Below are positions 19,240-27,794 of a stretch of 32,579 nt of DNA, piece after piece. Every line of letters begins with the position of its first letter. The stretch's first letter is position 1. The notes under the pieces are model-generated. The model searched no databases, was not told the DNA's origin, and saw nothing but the letters and a program-made list of their open reading frames with translations. The stretch comes from Promethearchaeota archaeon (lineage in GTDB: Archaea > Asgardarchaeota > Lokiarchaeia > Sigyniarchaeales > SOKP01). Position numbers and translations under genes: made by a program. The stretch lies in NCBI GenBank assembly GCA_016839765.1, contig JAEOTP010000031.1, positions 1 to 32,579 of the forward strand. Direction: 5' to 3'.

Positions 19240-20238
19240 ATGAATCTAAAAGGATTAAACATTTTGGTAACTGGTGGAGCGGGTTTTATTGGGTCGCATA
19301 TTGTTGAAAGTTTAATTAATAATGGGGCAAAAGTAAGAATTATTGATAATTTTAGTACTGGTTCTTTAGAGAATCTTAAAGGAATTATTGAAAAGGTAGA
19401 TATTATAGAAGGAGATATCCTTAACTATAATTTATTATTAAAGGCGTGTAAAGATATAGATGTTATTTCACATCAAGCAGCACAATTGGAAATTATAACC
19501 TGTATGCAAGATCCAATTTTTGATTTAAAAAGCAATACTGAAGCGAGTCTCAATGTTTTTAATGCGGCTGTAAAGTCAAATGTCAAAAAAATAATATATG
19601 CATCATCCGCTTGTATTTATGGCCAAGCAGAATATATTCCTCAGGATGAAGAGCATCCAAATAAACCAAATTGGCCATATGGCGTAAGTAAACTTGCCGT
19701 AGAAAAATATTCTAAAATATATACGGATTACTATAAAATACCGATGATTGGGCTAAGATATGGTATAACTTATGGACCAAGAGAATGGTATGGAAGAGTG
19801 TTAACAATATTTTTAAAGAGAGCTTTAGAGAAAAAATTACCTGTGGTTTGGGGAGGTGAACAATTGAGAGATTTTATTTATGTATCTGATGCTGTTGATC
19901 TTCATAATCTTTGTATTAAAAATAATGATTTAGTCAATGAAATATTTAATGTATCTACTGGAATAGGTACCAGTATTAAAGATTTAGCAGAAATTGTCAT
20001 AAAGACTCTTAATTTAGAAGGGAGTCCCATTTTTGAGGATTTGGATGAAGGAAACATTTCCAAGGAAGTAGAAGGAAGACCAAGATTACCATTAGAATTA
20101 AAAAGAATGGTTTTAGATAATAAAAAAGCAAAAAAGATACTTAAATGGGAGCCAAAAATAAAATTAAAAGAAGGAATCATTAAGGAATTTGAGTGGTTGA
20201 AGAATAATATAACGAAATGGAAAAATATTAGTATATAG
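19240..20238 (+). CDS. NAD-dependent NDP-sugar epimerase/dehydratase (extended SDR)
   Basis: LVTGGAGFIGSH, DNFSTG, HQAA, YASSA-YG, catalytic YGVSK, YGP, RDFIYV. Confidence 0.93.
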   Translation: MNLKGLNILVTGGAGFIGSHIVESLINNGAKVRIIDNFSTGSLENLKGIIEKVDIIEGDILNYNLLLKACKDIDVISHQAAQLEIITCMQDPIFDLKSNTEASLNVFNAAVKSNVKKIIYASSACIYGQAEYIPQDEEHPNKPNWPYGVSKLAVEKYSKIYTDYYKIPMIGLRYGITYGPREWYGRVLTIFLKRALEKKLPVVWGGEQLRDFIYVSDAVDLHNLCIKNNDLVNEIFNVSTGIGTSIKDLAEIVIKTLNLEGSPIFEDLDEGNISKEVEGRPRLPLELKRMVLDNKKAKKILKWEPKIKLKEGIIKEFEWLKNNITKWKNISI

Positions 20239-20241
20239 GGG

Positions 20242-21000
20242 TTGAATATGAATAATAATAAGAAAGTAATAGACGAAATTGCTGAGTGGTATGATTCTCC
20301 GGAAGGATTTACAAAGAATTGGTATAATCTTTATAAAAAATTAGTTTTTTTTAGATACAACGCTATAAAACCATTTCTTGAAGGTAATATTATTCTTGAA
20401 GTAGGGATCGCAAATGGAGAAATGACTCAATATCTCTTTCAACATTTTGAAAAAGTAATTGGATTAGAAGGAAGTAGTCATTTTATTGAAGAAATAAAAA
20501 AAAGGTTTCCAGAATATTATAAATCAAATCGATTAGAACTGATACATTCATTATTAGAAGATTATTCTTCTGATATTAAATATGATATTATACTCTTTAG
20601 CCATATTTTAGAACATTTAGATAAACCTGGTGAAATTTTGTTGAAATTAAAAAAATGGATTAAAAAAGATGGCAAAATAATAATTTTAGTACCTAATGCT
20701 AATTCATTACATAGACAGGTTGGGGTCAAAATGGGTTTATTAAATAGGATCGATGATTTAAATGACCTAGACAAAAAATTAGGTCATAAACGAGTATATA
20801 CTTGGGATACGTTAAAAGAGACTTTAATTGACTCAGGATTAAAGATTGTAGAACTAGGAGGTTATTTCCTCAAACCACTCGCAAATTATCAAATTGAGAA
20901 ATGGTTTACAGAGAAAATGATTGATGCTTTTTTTGAATTAGGTAAAAAATATCAAGAAATGGGTGTGGAGATATATGCAATTTGCATTTGCGAAAAATAA
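20242..21000 (+). CDS. Class I SAM-dependent methyltransferase
   Basis: ILEVGIANG, GLEGS, YDII-SHILEH, IILVPNA, GHKRVY. TTG start, or ATG at 20248. Confidence 0.88.
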   Translation: MNMNNNKKVIDEIAEWYDSPEGFTKNWYNLYKKLVFFRYNAIKPFLEGNIILEVGIANGEMTQYLFQHFEKVIGLEGSSHFIEEIKKRFPEYYKSNRLELIHSLLEDYSSDIKYDIILFSHILEHLDKPGEILLKLKKWIKKDGKIIILVPNANSLHRQVGVKMGLLNRIDDLNDLDKKLGHKRVYTWDTLKETLIDSGLKIVELGGYFLKPLANYQIEKWFTEKMIDAFFELGKKYQEMGVEIYAICICEK

Positions 21001-21199
21001 ATTAAATTCTGATTTGTTGATTTTGTGAGTAAATTTAATAATGAGATTTCCAGAGATATAGAAATATTGAAAATGTATTATTAATTTTTTTTTTTAGATT
21101 TAGTAGTAATAAATTTAAAAAAAATTTACTTAAAATTAATGATTTTTTAGAATTTTATAAAATTAAATAATCCATATAATCAAATAAGATGAATATGAA

Positions 21200-22090
21200 A
21201 TGAAGATTGGTATAGTTGGTCAAGGTTATTGGGGGAAGATTATCTTAAGAAATTTAGAGAATATGAATTATAAAGAGATTACATTATGTGATATTGCTTC
21301 TTTAAATAAAAAACATAATCAAAATTATGAGATATTTAATAATTATAAGGATTTGAATTGTGATTGTGTTTTTATTACAACGCCAACCAATACTCATTTT
21401 GAAATTAGTAAATACTTTTTAGAAAAAAAAGTTAATGTATTCTGCGAAAAACCTCTCACAACTTCCATAACCGAAGCAGAGGCTTTATACGATATAGCAT
21501 TAAAAAACAACACAATATTATTTACGGATTGGATTTTCACATATAATTCTCACATTGAAACAATAAAAAGAGACTATGAGAGCGGTAAATTAGGCAAAAT
21601 TAGAAGTATTTTTATGAATAGATTAAATTTGGGGCCAGAGAGATTTGACGTAAACGCTCGTTGGGATTTAGCCTCTCATGATATTTCGATCATCCAGTAT
21701 CTTTTTTCGGAAGAACCTGTAAACATAAGATGGACTGATTATAAAAGGAATAAAAATTCAAAGCAAGATGATAGCACTTTAGGTTTTATAGAATACAACG
21801 AATTTTTAGCCTGTATCAATGCTAGTTGGCATTACAGGAAAAAGGTAAGAGAATGTATTTTTGAATTTGATAATTATTTTATCGTTTGGGATGACTATAA
21901 AAGGTTTCTACAATATGAAGATTCAACTAACGTGAGTTTTCCAATATATTCAGGTAATTTAAGTTATCCTTGTAGTTCATATCAAGAACCACTAAAAAAT
22001 GCAATTGAAGTATTTTTTTCATTTAACACTGAATATTTAATTAAACAAAAAAAATTAACACTAGATACATTGAAAATATTGGAGGCGTAG
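21200..22090 (+). CDS. Gfo/Idh/MocA family oxidoreductase (WlbA/WbpB-like NDP-sugar dehydrogenase)
   Basis: KIGIVGQGYWG, ITTPTNTH, FCEKP, RLNLG, WDLASHD. Confidence 0.88.
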   Translation: MKIGIVGQGYWGKIILRNLENMNYKEITLCDIASLNKKHNQNYEIFNNYKDLNCDCVFITTPTNTHFEISKYFLEKKVNVFCEKPLTTSITEAEALYDIALKNNTILFTDWIFTYNSHIETIKRDYESGKLGKIRSIFMNRLNLGPERFDVNARWDLASHDISIIQYLFSEEPVNIRWTDYKRNKNSKQDDSTLGFIEYNEFLACINASWHYRKKVRECIFEFDNYFIVWDDYKRFLQYEDSTNVSFPIYSGNLSYPCSSYQEPLKNAIEVFFSFNTEYLIKQKKLTLDTLKILEA

Positions 22091-22094
22091 TTTT

Positions 22095-23216
22095 ATGGAT
22101 ATAATGTTTAATAATTTATCAAAACAGTGGGATATGATAAAGGAGGATGTTACTCCAAGATTAGAAGCGCTATTTAAAAAGTCTGATTTCATTGGTGGAA
22201 AAGCTATTGGGGAATTTGAAGAAAATTTTGCTCAATATTGCGGAATAAAATACGCTGTAGGCGTTTCAAATGGAACTGATGCGTTAAAACTATCATTAGC
22301 TGCATTTGAAGTTGAATCTCCATGTGGAGTAATTATTCCAGCTAACACTTTTATAGCTACAGCTTTACCGGTTACATATATTAGCGATATAACTTATGAT
22401 TTAATATTAGTTGATTGTGATGAATATTATCAAATCGATGTAGAGCTTTTAGAATTATACTTAAAGAAAAATAGAAACAAATGGAAATCTTGTATAATAA
22501 TTCCAGTTCATCTATATGGCCATCCATCCAATATGAAACGAATCCTTGAAATTGCAGAGGAATTTAATTGCTTTATTTTAGAAGATTCTTCACAAGCTCA
22601 TGGAGCAATGGTTTTAAATAAGAAAGTTGGAGGAATTGGGGATATTTCAGCATTTTCCTTGTATCCCGGTAAAAATCTGGGGGCTGCAGGAGATGCCGGA
22701 GTTATTACTACAAATAACGAGAAATTATATAAAAAGGTTAAATCTTTAAGAAATTATGGATCATCTGAAAAATATCATTATGACTTTAAAGGTTGGAATA
22801 ATAGGTTAGACACTATTCAAGCTATAATAGTAGACGAAAAATTAAAGCATTTAGACAAATGGAACGATATGAGAATTGAGAAAGCAAAAAAATATGATGA
22901 TTTATTTAAAGATAATAACGAAATAATAACACCAAAAACAGCGCCATATATTAATAAACAAGTTTATCATATTTATGCTATTAGAGTGGAAGAAAGAGAT
23001 AAACTTCAAACATATTTAACTAAACACAATATTCCTACTATTATTCATTATCCAATTCCTATTGAAAAAACAAAACCATTTAAGCATCTTGAACATTTTG
23101 ACAATAAAAAGGCAAAACAATATGCGAATGAGTTGCTTAGTTTACCTATGCATCCATTTTTAACAGAGGAGGAAATCGAGTATATTGTAGAAAGGATTAA
23201 AACTTTTACCAAATAA
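22095..23216 (+). CDS. DegT/DnrJ/EryC1/StrS PLP-dependent sugar aminotransferase (FdtB/WbpE-like)
   Basis: VSNGTDAL, PANTFIAT, IPVHLYG, EDSSQAHG, SLYPGKNLGAAGDAG (PLP lysine), RNYG, NNRLD, IHYP, LSLPM. Confidence 0.94.
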   Translation: MDIMFNNLSKQWDMIKEDVTPRLEALFKKSDFIGGKAIGEFEENFAQYCGIKYAVGVSNGTDALKLSLAAFEVESPCGVIIPANTFIATALPVTYISDITYDLILVDCDEYYQIDVELLELYLKKNRNKWKSCIIIPVHLYGHPSNMKRILEIAEEFNCFILEDSSQAHGAMVLNKKVGGIGDISAFSLYPGKNLGAAGDAGVITTNNEKLYKKVKSLRNYGSSEKYHYDFKGWNNRLDTIQAIIVDEKLKHLDKWNDMRIEKAKKYDDLFKDNNEIITPKTAPYINKQVYHIYAIRVEERDKLQTYLTKHNIPTIIHYPIPIEKTKPFKHLEHFDNKKAKQYANELLSLPMHPFLTEEEIEYIVERIKTFTK

Positions 23217-23363
23217 GTTCCAAGTATAAAAAGTTTTATTAACATATTTCTTAGAAGAATTGAAAAGATAATTAAATTTTTTACTAAAGCTTTAAATTAA
23301 TAATTCTTTAGATTTAATAAAATGTGTTAAGAATAGTACTACTTTAAGTAAGTGAAATAAAAA

Positions 23364-24410
23364 GTGAATAATGAACCTTCTAAAGAGAATCAGTCTTTTT
23401 TAGAAAAAATTTTGAATTATAAAGGAATAATTTTAATTTTTATCGGAATATTAATTAGAATCTTCATGCTTCTTTATTATTATTACACTCACGCAATAGA
23501 TCCATTAAAAAGTTGGGGAGATGTAGATATCAATTTCAGTGGTAGTTATCATTATCCTCCGCTCACTATGTATCTATTAGACTTTTTTAGAGTAGTTTCA
23601 TTTGGAATAGTTGAAATTTTTGCCTTTTGGTCTTTTCTTTTAGAAATATTAAGCGTTTTTTTATTCTACTTTGTCTTAAAAAGCTTTAATATATCTAACA
23701 AAAAATATGTTTATGGATTATTCTTAATAAACCCCTTTTTCTTTTTAAATAATGTATTTAGTTTAGAGAATTGTGGTTACCACATAACTGATTCATTCTT
23801 TTTTATTTTTTTATTTTTAACTTTAATATTTTACCCAAAAAAAGAAGATTGGAGCAAATATTTATTTTATGTATTTCTAGCGTTATCTGCAGTCGCAAAA
23901 ATTTATACTTTGCCAATTATGGGATTTTTCTTTCTTAAGTTTTTAATAGAAAAAGATTGGAATGAGATGAAAAAATTTTTAATTATCACAATCCCCATCG
24001 TTGTTGTTTTCTTAGCTATACCTTTCTTTTATATAGAAAATTATCTTAATCTTTATTTATTATGGAATGAGGCTGGTGAGGATATATTGCCATTATATAT
24101 TAGGCTAATCATCGTAGCAATCATGGGGCTGTTATATATTTTCTTTAGACTTAAAAAAGCTGGAATTATCGAGATGACTTTCTTTTCAATATTAATTATA
24201 GCTGTTCTTTTGTTCTTTAGTAAGCCCTTTATTCGGTATTTTCAACCTTTATTAATTTATGGAATTTTAACTCCTTATGTGTTTTTCTCATTTACGCTTA
24301 ATCTGGGATTTATCAAAAGGAAAATTACTTTTGATAATAATCTTTTAGTATTTTACTCCTCGTTCATTTTAGTCGGTATAGCCTATTTAATAATAATTTT
24401 TCTATTATAA
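23364..24410 (+). CDS. Polytopic GT-C fold glycosyltransferase, PIG-M/GT87-like
   Basis: About 9-10 TM segments. After TM1 (ILIRIFMLLY) come DVD and YHYPPL; later FLINP, DS, AKIY and FSK-RYF, in the same order as the PIG-M/GT87 motifs. GTG start. Confidence 0.65.
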   Translation: MNNEPSKENQSFLEKILNYKGIILIFIGILIRIFMLLYYYYTHAIDPLKSWGDVDINFSGSYHYPPLTMYLLDFFRVVSFGIVEIFAFWSFLLEILSVFLFYFVLKSFNISNKKYVYGLFLINPFFFLNNVFSLENCGYHITDSFFFIFLFLTLIFYPKKEDWSKYLFYVFLALSAVAKIYTLPIMGFFFLKFLIEKDWNEMKKFLIITIPIVVVFLAIPFFYIENYLNLYLLWNEAGEDILPLYIRLIIVAIMGLLYIFFRLKKAGIIEMTFFSILIIAVLLFFSKPFIRYFQPLLIYGILTPYVFFSFTLNLGFIKRKITFDNNLLVFYSSFILVGIAYLIIIFLL

Positions 24411-24428
24411 TAATTCTCTTTCAATTAT

Positions 24429-25667
24429 TTAACCAGTCAATTGAATACTAGTAGGAAATATTGCTGCTTTAGGTTTATTGCCATATTTTTTTTCTAATTT
24501 TTCTACTAATCTATCCCATTCGTTAAATAACACGACTGATTCAGGAAAGAAGTGATTCTTATCAAATTCATTAATATTGGGAGAGAATAAATAAAAATTT
24601 CTTCTTTTAACAAAAGCTTTCCAAAGAATGCTCTCAATTAAGTTTTTATATAATTTTGAGCCTGTCTCAGCTAAAAGACTATGATATCCTCTTCCCTCAT
24701 AAGAAGAAGTCATTATTACTACTGCACCTGTTCTTTCTAACATATTATTTGGTGCTGTCATAAGGAGATTAAAGGCTTTATATTGTGTCTGATTAAGTTC
24801 TGAGTCTTCTGGAAATGAATTAAAGAAACATATCTGATTATTTAAAGTAACCTTTGTTGAATAAAATTGATTAGCAAAGTCCATTGCCTTTCTATGAGCT
24901 TCTATAAAATGACCCGAAAACAATGTAGCTAGTTTCCCTTCTTCATTTAAGATTGCATTAATAGAAAAATCTAATCCTACCTTTTTAACAACTTCTTCGA
25001 TATCTCTTCTTATATCCGTCATTCTTCCGATGCCAGCACCTATTCCCCTCATTCCTGCAGAATGGCTTGCCTCTAATGTACGTATACCACATACTCCAGG
25101 TAGTACAATCTTTGCTCCTCCACCAAAACCAGCTAAAGCATGCGGTATTACACCTCCTATAGCAATTTTTAAATCTGCTTTAAGATATGTTGAATTGACA
25201 TCAATCGGGGTGCCTTTGCTAGAGTTCCCCATATATGTTAAATTCTCATAAGGATGATGATTTTCAATTCTTATTGTATTAACAATCTCTTTTCCAAGTT
25301 TTAATATAAAATCTTGTCTATTCATAGGTCGATGAGCTCCTATAGCCGCAATAATGGTAATTTGATCTTTGTAAATCTCTGCTTTTTCTAATTCTAATAG
25401 AACGTGCGGGAGAATCCTTGAAATCTGAGTAGTTCTTGTCATGTCATCAATTATTATTACTACATTTTCTCTTTCCTTTGCAAGTTGTGATAATTTTGGA
25501 GTTCCTATTGGATTTAAGATAGAAGATTTAATCTTTTCATCAGATAGTTCTTCATGTTGAGCTCCCTTCATTCTACAAGCAACAACATCCCAAGATGCTG
25601 GAAACTTTAAATCAAGAAAATTAGGTTCTCGCCAAGCAGCCCATGGCACTTTTATAATGTTAGACAA
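24429..25667 (-). CDS. larA: LarA-family nickel-pincer-dependent 2-hydroxyacid racemase/epimerase
   Basis: NPIG, IIDDMTR, GAHR, ENHH, GTPI, PHALAGFGGGAKIVLPG, ASH, Q-YKA. TTG start. Confidence 0.85.
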   Translation of the reverse strand: MSNIIKVPWAAWREPNFLDLKFPASWDVVACRMKGAQHEELSDEKIKSSILNPIGTPKLSQLAKERENVVIIIDDMTRTTQISRILPHVLLELEKAEIYKDQITIIAAIGAHRPMNRQDFILKLGKEIVNTIRIENHHPYENLTYMGNSSKGTPIDVNSTYLKADLKIAIGGVIPHALAGFGGGAKIVLPGVCGIRTLEASHSAGMRGIGAGIGRMTDIRRDIEEVVKKVGLDFSINAILNEEGKLATLFSGHFIEAHRKAMDFANQFYSTKVTLNNQICFFNSFPEDSELNQTQYKAFNLLMTAPNNMLERTGAVVIMTSSYEGRGYHSLLAETGSKLYKNLIESILWKAFVKRRNFYLFSPNINEFDKNHFFPESVVLFNEWDRLVEKLEKKYGNKPKAAIFPTSIQLTG

Positions 25668-25759
25668 TAAATATAACCTTACTTTAAGATATTTTTTGTT
25701 TATTAATTAATAACAAAATATTAAATTATTGAAGTAATCTCGAATTTCAAAAGTGGAAT

Positions 25760-26227
25760 ATGAAGATCATGAATGATAAAACCAAGGATAGAATTTCAAA
25801 AGACGCTTATTTTATGAAAATTGCTGAAGTTGTGTCCTTAAGATCTACTTGTATAAAAAGAAAAGTTGGTGCTGTATTAGTAAAAGATTCACATATCCTT
25901 TCTACAGGATATAATGGAGTTCCTTCTGGTTTTAAACATTGTACGCCTGAAACTTGTGTTCGAAAGCACTTAAAAAGCGGAGAAAAACCAGAATTATGTC
26001 GTGGCGTCCATGCTGAAATAAATTGTATCATTCAAGCAGCTATTCATGGAACATCTATAAAGGGTAATACTATATTATATTCTACAACATTTCCTTGTAT
26101 GAATTGCTTAAAACTGATTATAAATGCTGGTATTAAAAAATTATTTTATAAAGAAGGATATAATATGGAGAATAAGGTTAAAGAATCCCTATTCAAAGAA
26201 TCTTCTTTAATTATAGAGCAATTTTAA
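25760..26227 (+). CDS. dCMP deaminase (ComEB-like zinc deaminase)
   Basis: RSTC-RKVGAV, STGYNG, HAE, PCMNC, IINAGI. Confidence 0.92.
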   Translation: MKIMNDKTKDRISKDAYFMKIAEVVSLRSTCIKRKVGAVLVKDSHILSTGYNGVPSGFKHCTPETCVRKHLKSGEKPELCRGVHAEINCIIQAAIHGTSIKGNTILYSTTFPCMNCLKLIINAGIKKLFYKEGYNMENKVKESLFKESSLIIEQF

Positions 26228-26333
26228 GAAGATAATAAAAGAGTAAATTTATATAAATATTTTAGGAATAAATAAAAGTTATCATAAAAGCTAATAATGT
26301 ACTTTAATAATTTCTTAATTAATTCTTTCAAAA

Positions 26334-27779
26334 ATGGGTGTAATAAATATATTGGTGAATGAAAGAGATAACTTAATTGTAATGAAATTCGGAGGCTCAT
26401 GCTTACAAAATAAGGACTCATTCGACCAAATTCTCAAAATTATAACTCAGCATAAAGAAAAAAATAAATTAGTCGTTGTAACCTCTGCTATAAATGGAAT
26501 TACCGATAAATTAATACATTTCTATAAAGGATCTTGCATAGAGGATGAAAAGTGTACTTTAATCATTAAAGAAATCTATGATTTGCATAAAAGTTTATTG
26601 GATCAATTATTTTCTCAAAGTAAAACAGAATATAGTGAGACTTTAAAATTTATCCAAAGAAACATTGAAGAGTTAAAACAATTGGGTAAAGTAGTAAGAT
26701 TAATTAGACCAAGTTTAGATATTAAAGATTTGATAAGTTCTTACGGAGAAAGACTCAGCACTTTCATTTTATCAAAGTATTTAAAATCAAATAAAATTAA
26801 CGCAGTGTATATATCTTCAGATGAATTGATCCGTACTGATGATAATTTTTCTCGAGCTTTACCTTTATTGGAAGAAACTGAAGAATTAGTTAAGGAAAGG
26901 TTAATTCCTATTATAGAGAATCCCACAAATGAAATAATTTGTGCTCCAGGGTATTACGGCTCGACATTAGATAAAAAAATTACTACTTTAGGAAGAGGTG
27001 GTAGTGATCTTACAGCTGCTGTGATTGCATATTCCTTAAGAAGTAAATATGATTGCAAAGTTATCTATTGGAAAGATGTTAAAGGATTTTTAAACGCTGA
27101 TCCAAAAATAGCAAAAAAGACTGCCCTTCTAAAACAAATTTCGTATATTGAAGCTAAAGAACTTGCTTTTTTCGGTTCAAAAATCTTACACCCACTTTGT
27201 TTGGATATGAATGAGAAAGGAAACATTCCTTCCGAAATAAAAAGCTTTAAAGAACCTGAATCTGAGGAATTTACAACTATTACAAAAGAGATTATAAAAG
27301 ATGATAATGTGGTGAAGGCAGTAACTTCAATATATAAGCTTTCAATGGTTACAGTAGAAAGTGATACTATGGTTCCTTTAACTGGTACGGCTTCAAAATT
27401 GTTTTCTCTTTTAGGTGATAACAATGTAACTACAGTCTTTATTTCCCAGAGTTCATCAGAAAATAATATAACCTTTGGAATTGACTATGAAGATTCTACG
27501 AAAGTTAGCTTTCTGTTAAGAAATTCTGATTTATTTGGTAAAAAATGGTTTAGAATTAAAATTGACAATGATATTTCATTAGTTGCAGTAATAGGAGCTG
27601 GTCTATTATATACTCCTGGTATTGCTGGAAAAGTATTTACAACTTTAGGAGATAATAACATTAATATAAAAGCTATCGCTCAAGGTTCATCAGAAATGAA
27701 TTTTACAGCAATTATTGACAGAGTTGATTGCGATAAAGCTATCAATGTGTTATATGATGCTTTTATCAATCAATATTGA
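26334..27779 (+). CDS. lysC: Aspartate kinase with two C-terminal ACT domains
   Basis: VMKFGGS, VTSA-GITD, SYGERLS, TTLGRGGSD, NADP, EAKELA-FGSKILHP, ISQSSSE, IAQGSSE. The real start is probably the TTG/GTG at 26352/26355. Confidence 0.93.
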   Translation: MGVINILVNERDNLIVMKFGGSCLQNKDSFDQILKIITQHKEKNKLVVVTSAINGITDKLIHFYKGSCIEDEKCTLIIKEIYDLHKSLLDQLFSQSKTEYSETLKFIQRNIEELKQLGKVVRLIRPSLDIKDLISSYGERLSTFILSKYLKSNKINAVYISSDELIRTDDNFSRALPLLEETEELVKERLIPIIENPTNEIICAPGYYGSTLDKKITTLGRGGSDLTAAVIAYSLRSKYDCKVIYWKDVKGFLNADPKIAKKTALLKQISYIEAKELAFFGSKILHPLCLDMNEKGNIPSEIKSFKEPESEEFTTITKEIIKDDNVVKAVTSIYKLSMVTVESDTMVPLTGTASKLFSLLGDNNVTTVFISQSSSENNITFGIDYEDSTKVSFLLRNSDLFGKKWFRIKIDNDISLVAVIGAGLLYTPGIAGKVFTTLGDNNINIKAIAQGSSEMNFTAIIDRVDCDKAINVLYDAFINQY

Positions 27780-27794
27780 AATTTCATTAGAAGG

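Noticed and set aside
21001-21199. Longer intergenic regions (also 29031-29243) as ncRNA or tRNA candidates
   Set aside because: Extremely AT-rich with poly-T/poly-A runs and no GC-rich stems or tRNA motifs; consistent with terminator plus promoter DNA.
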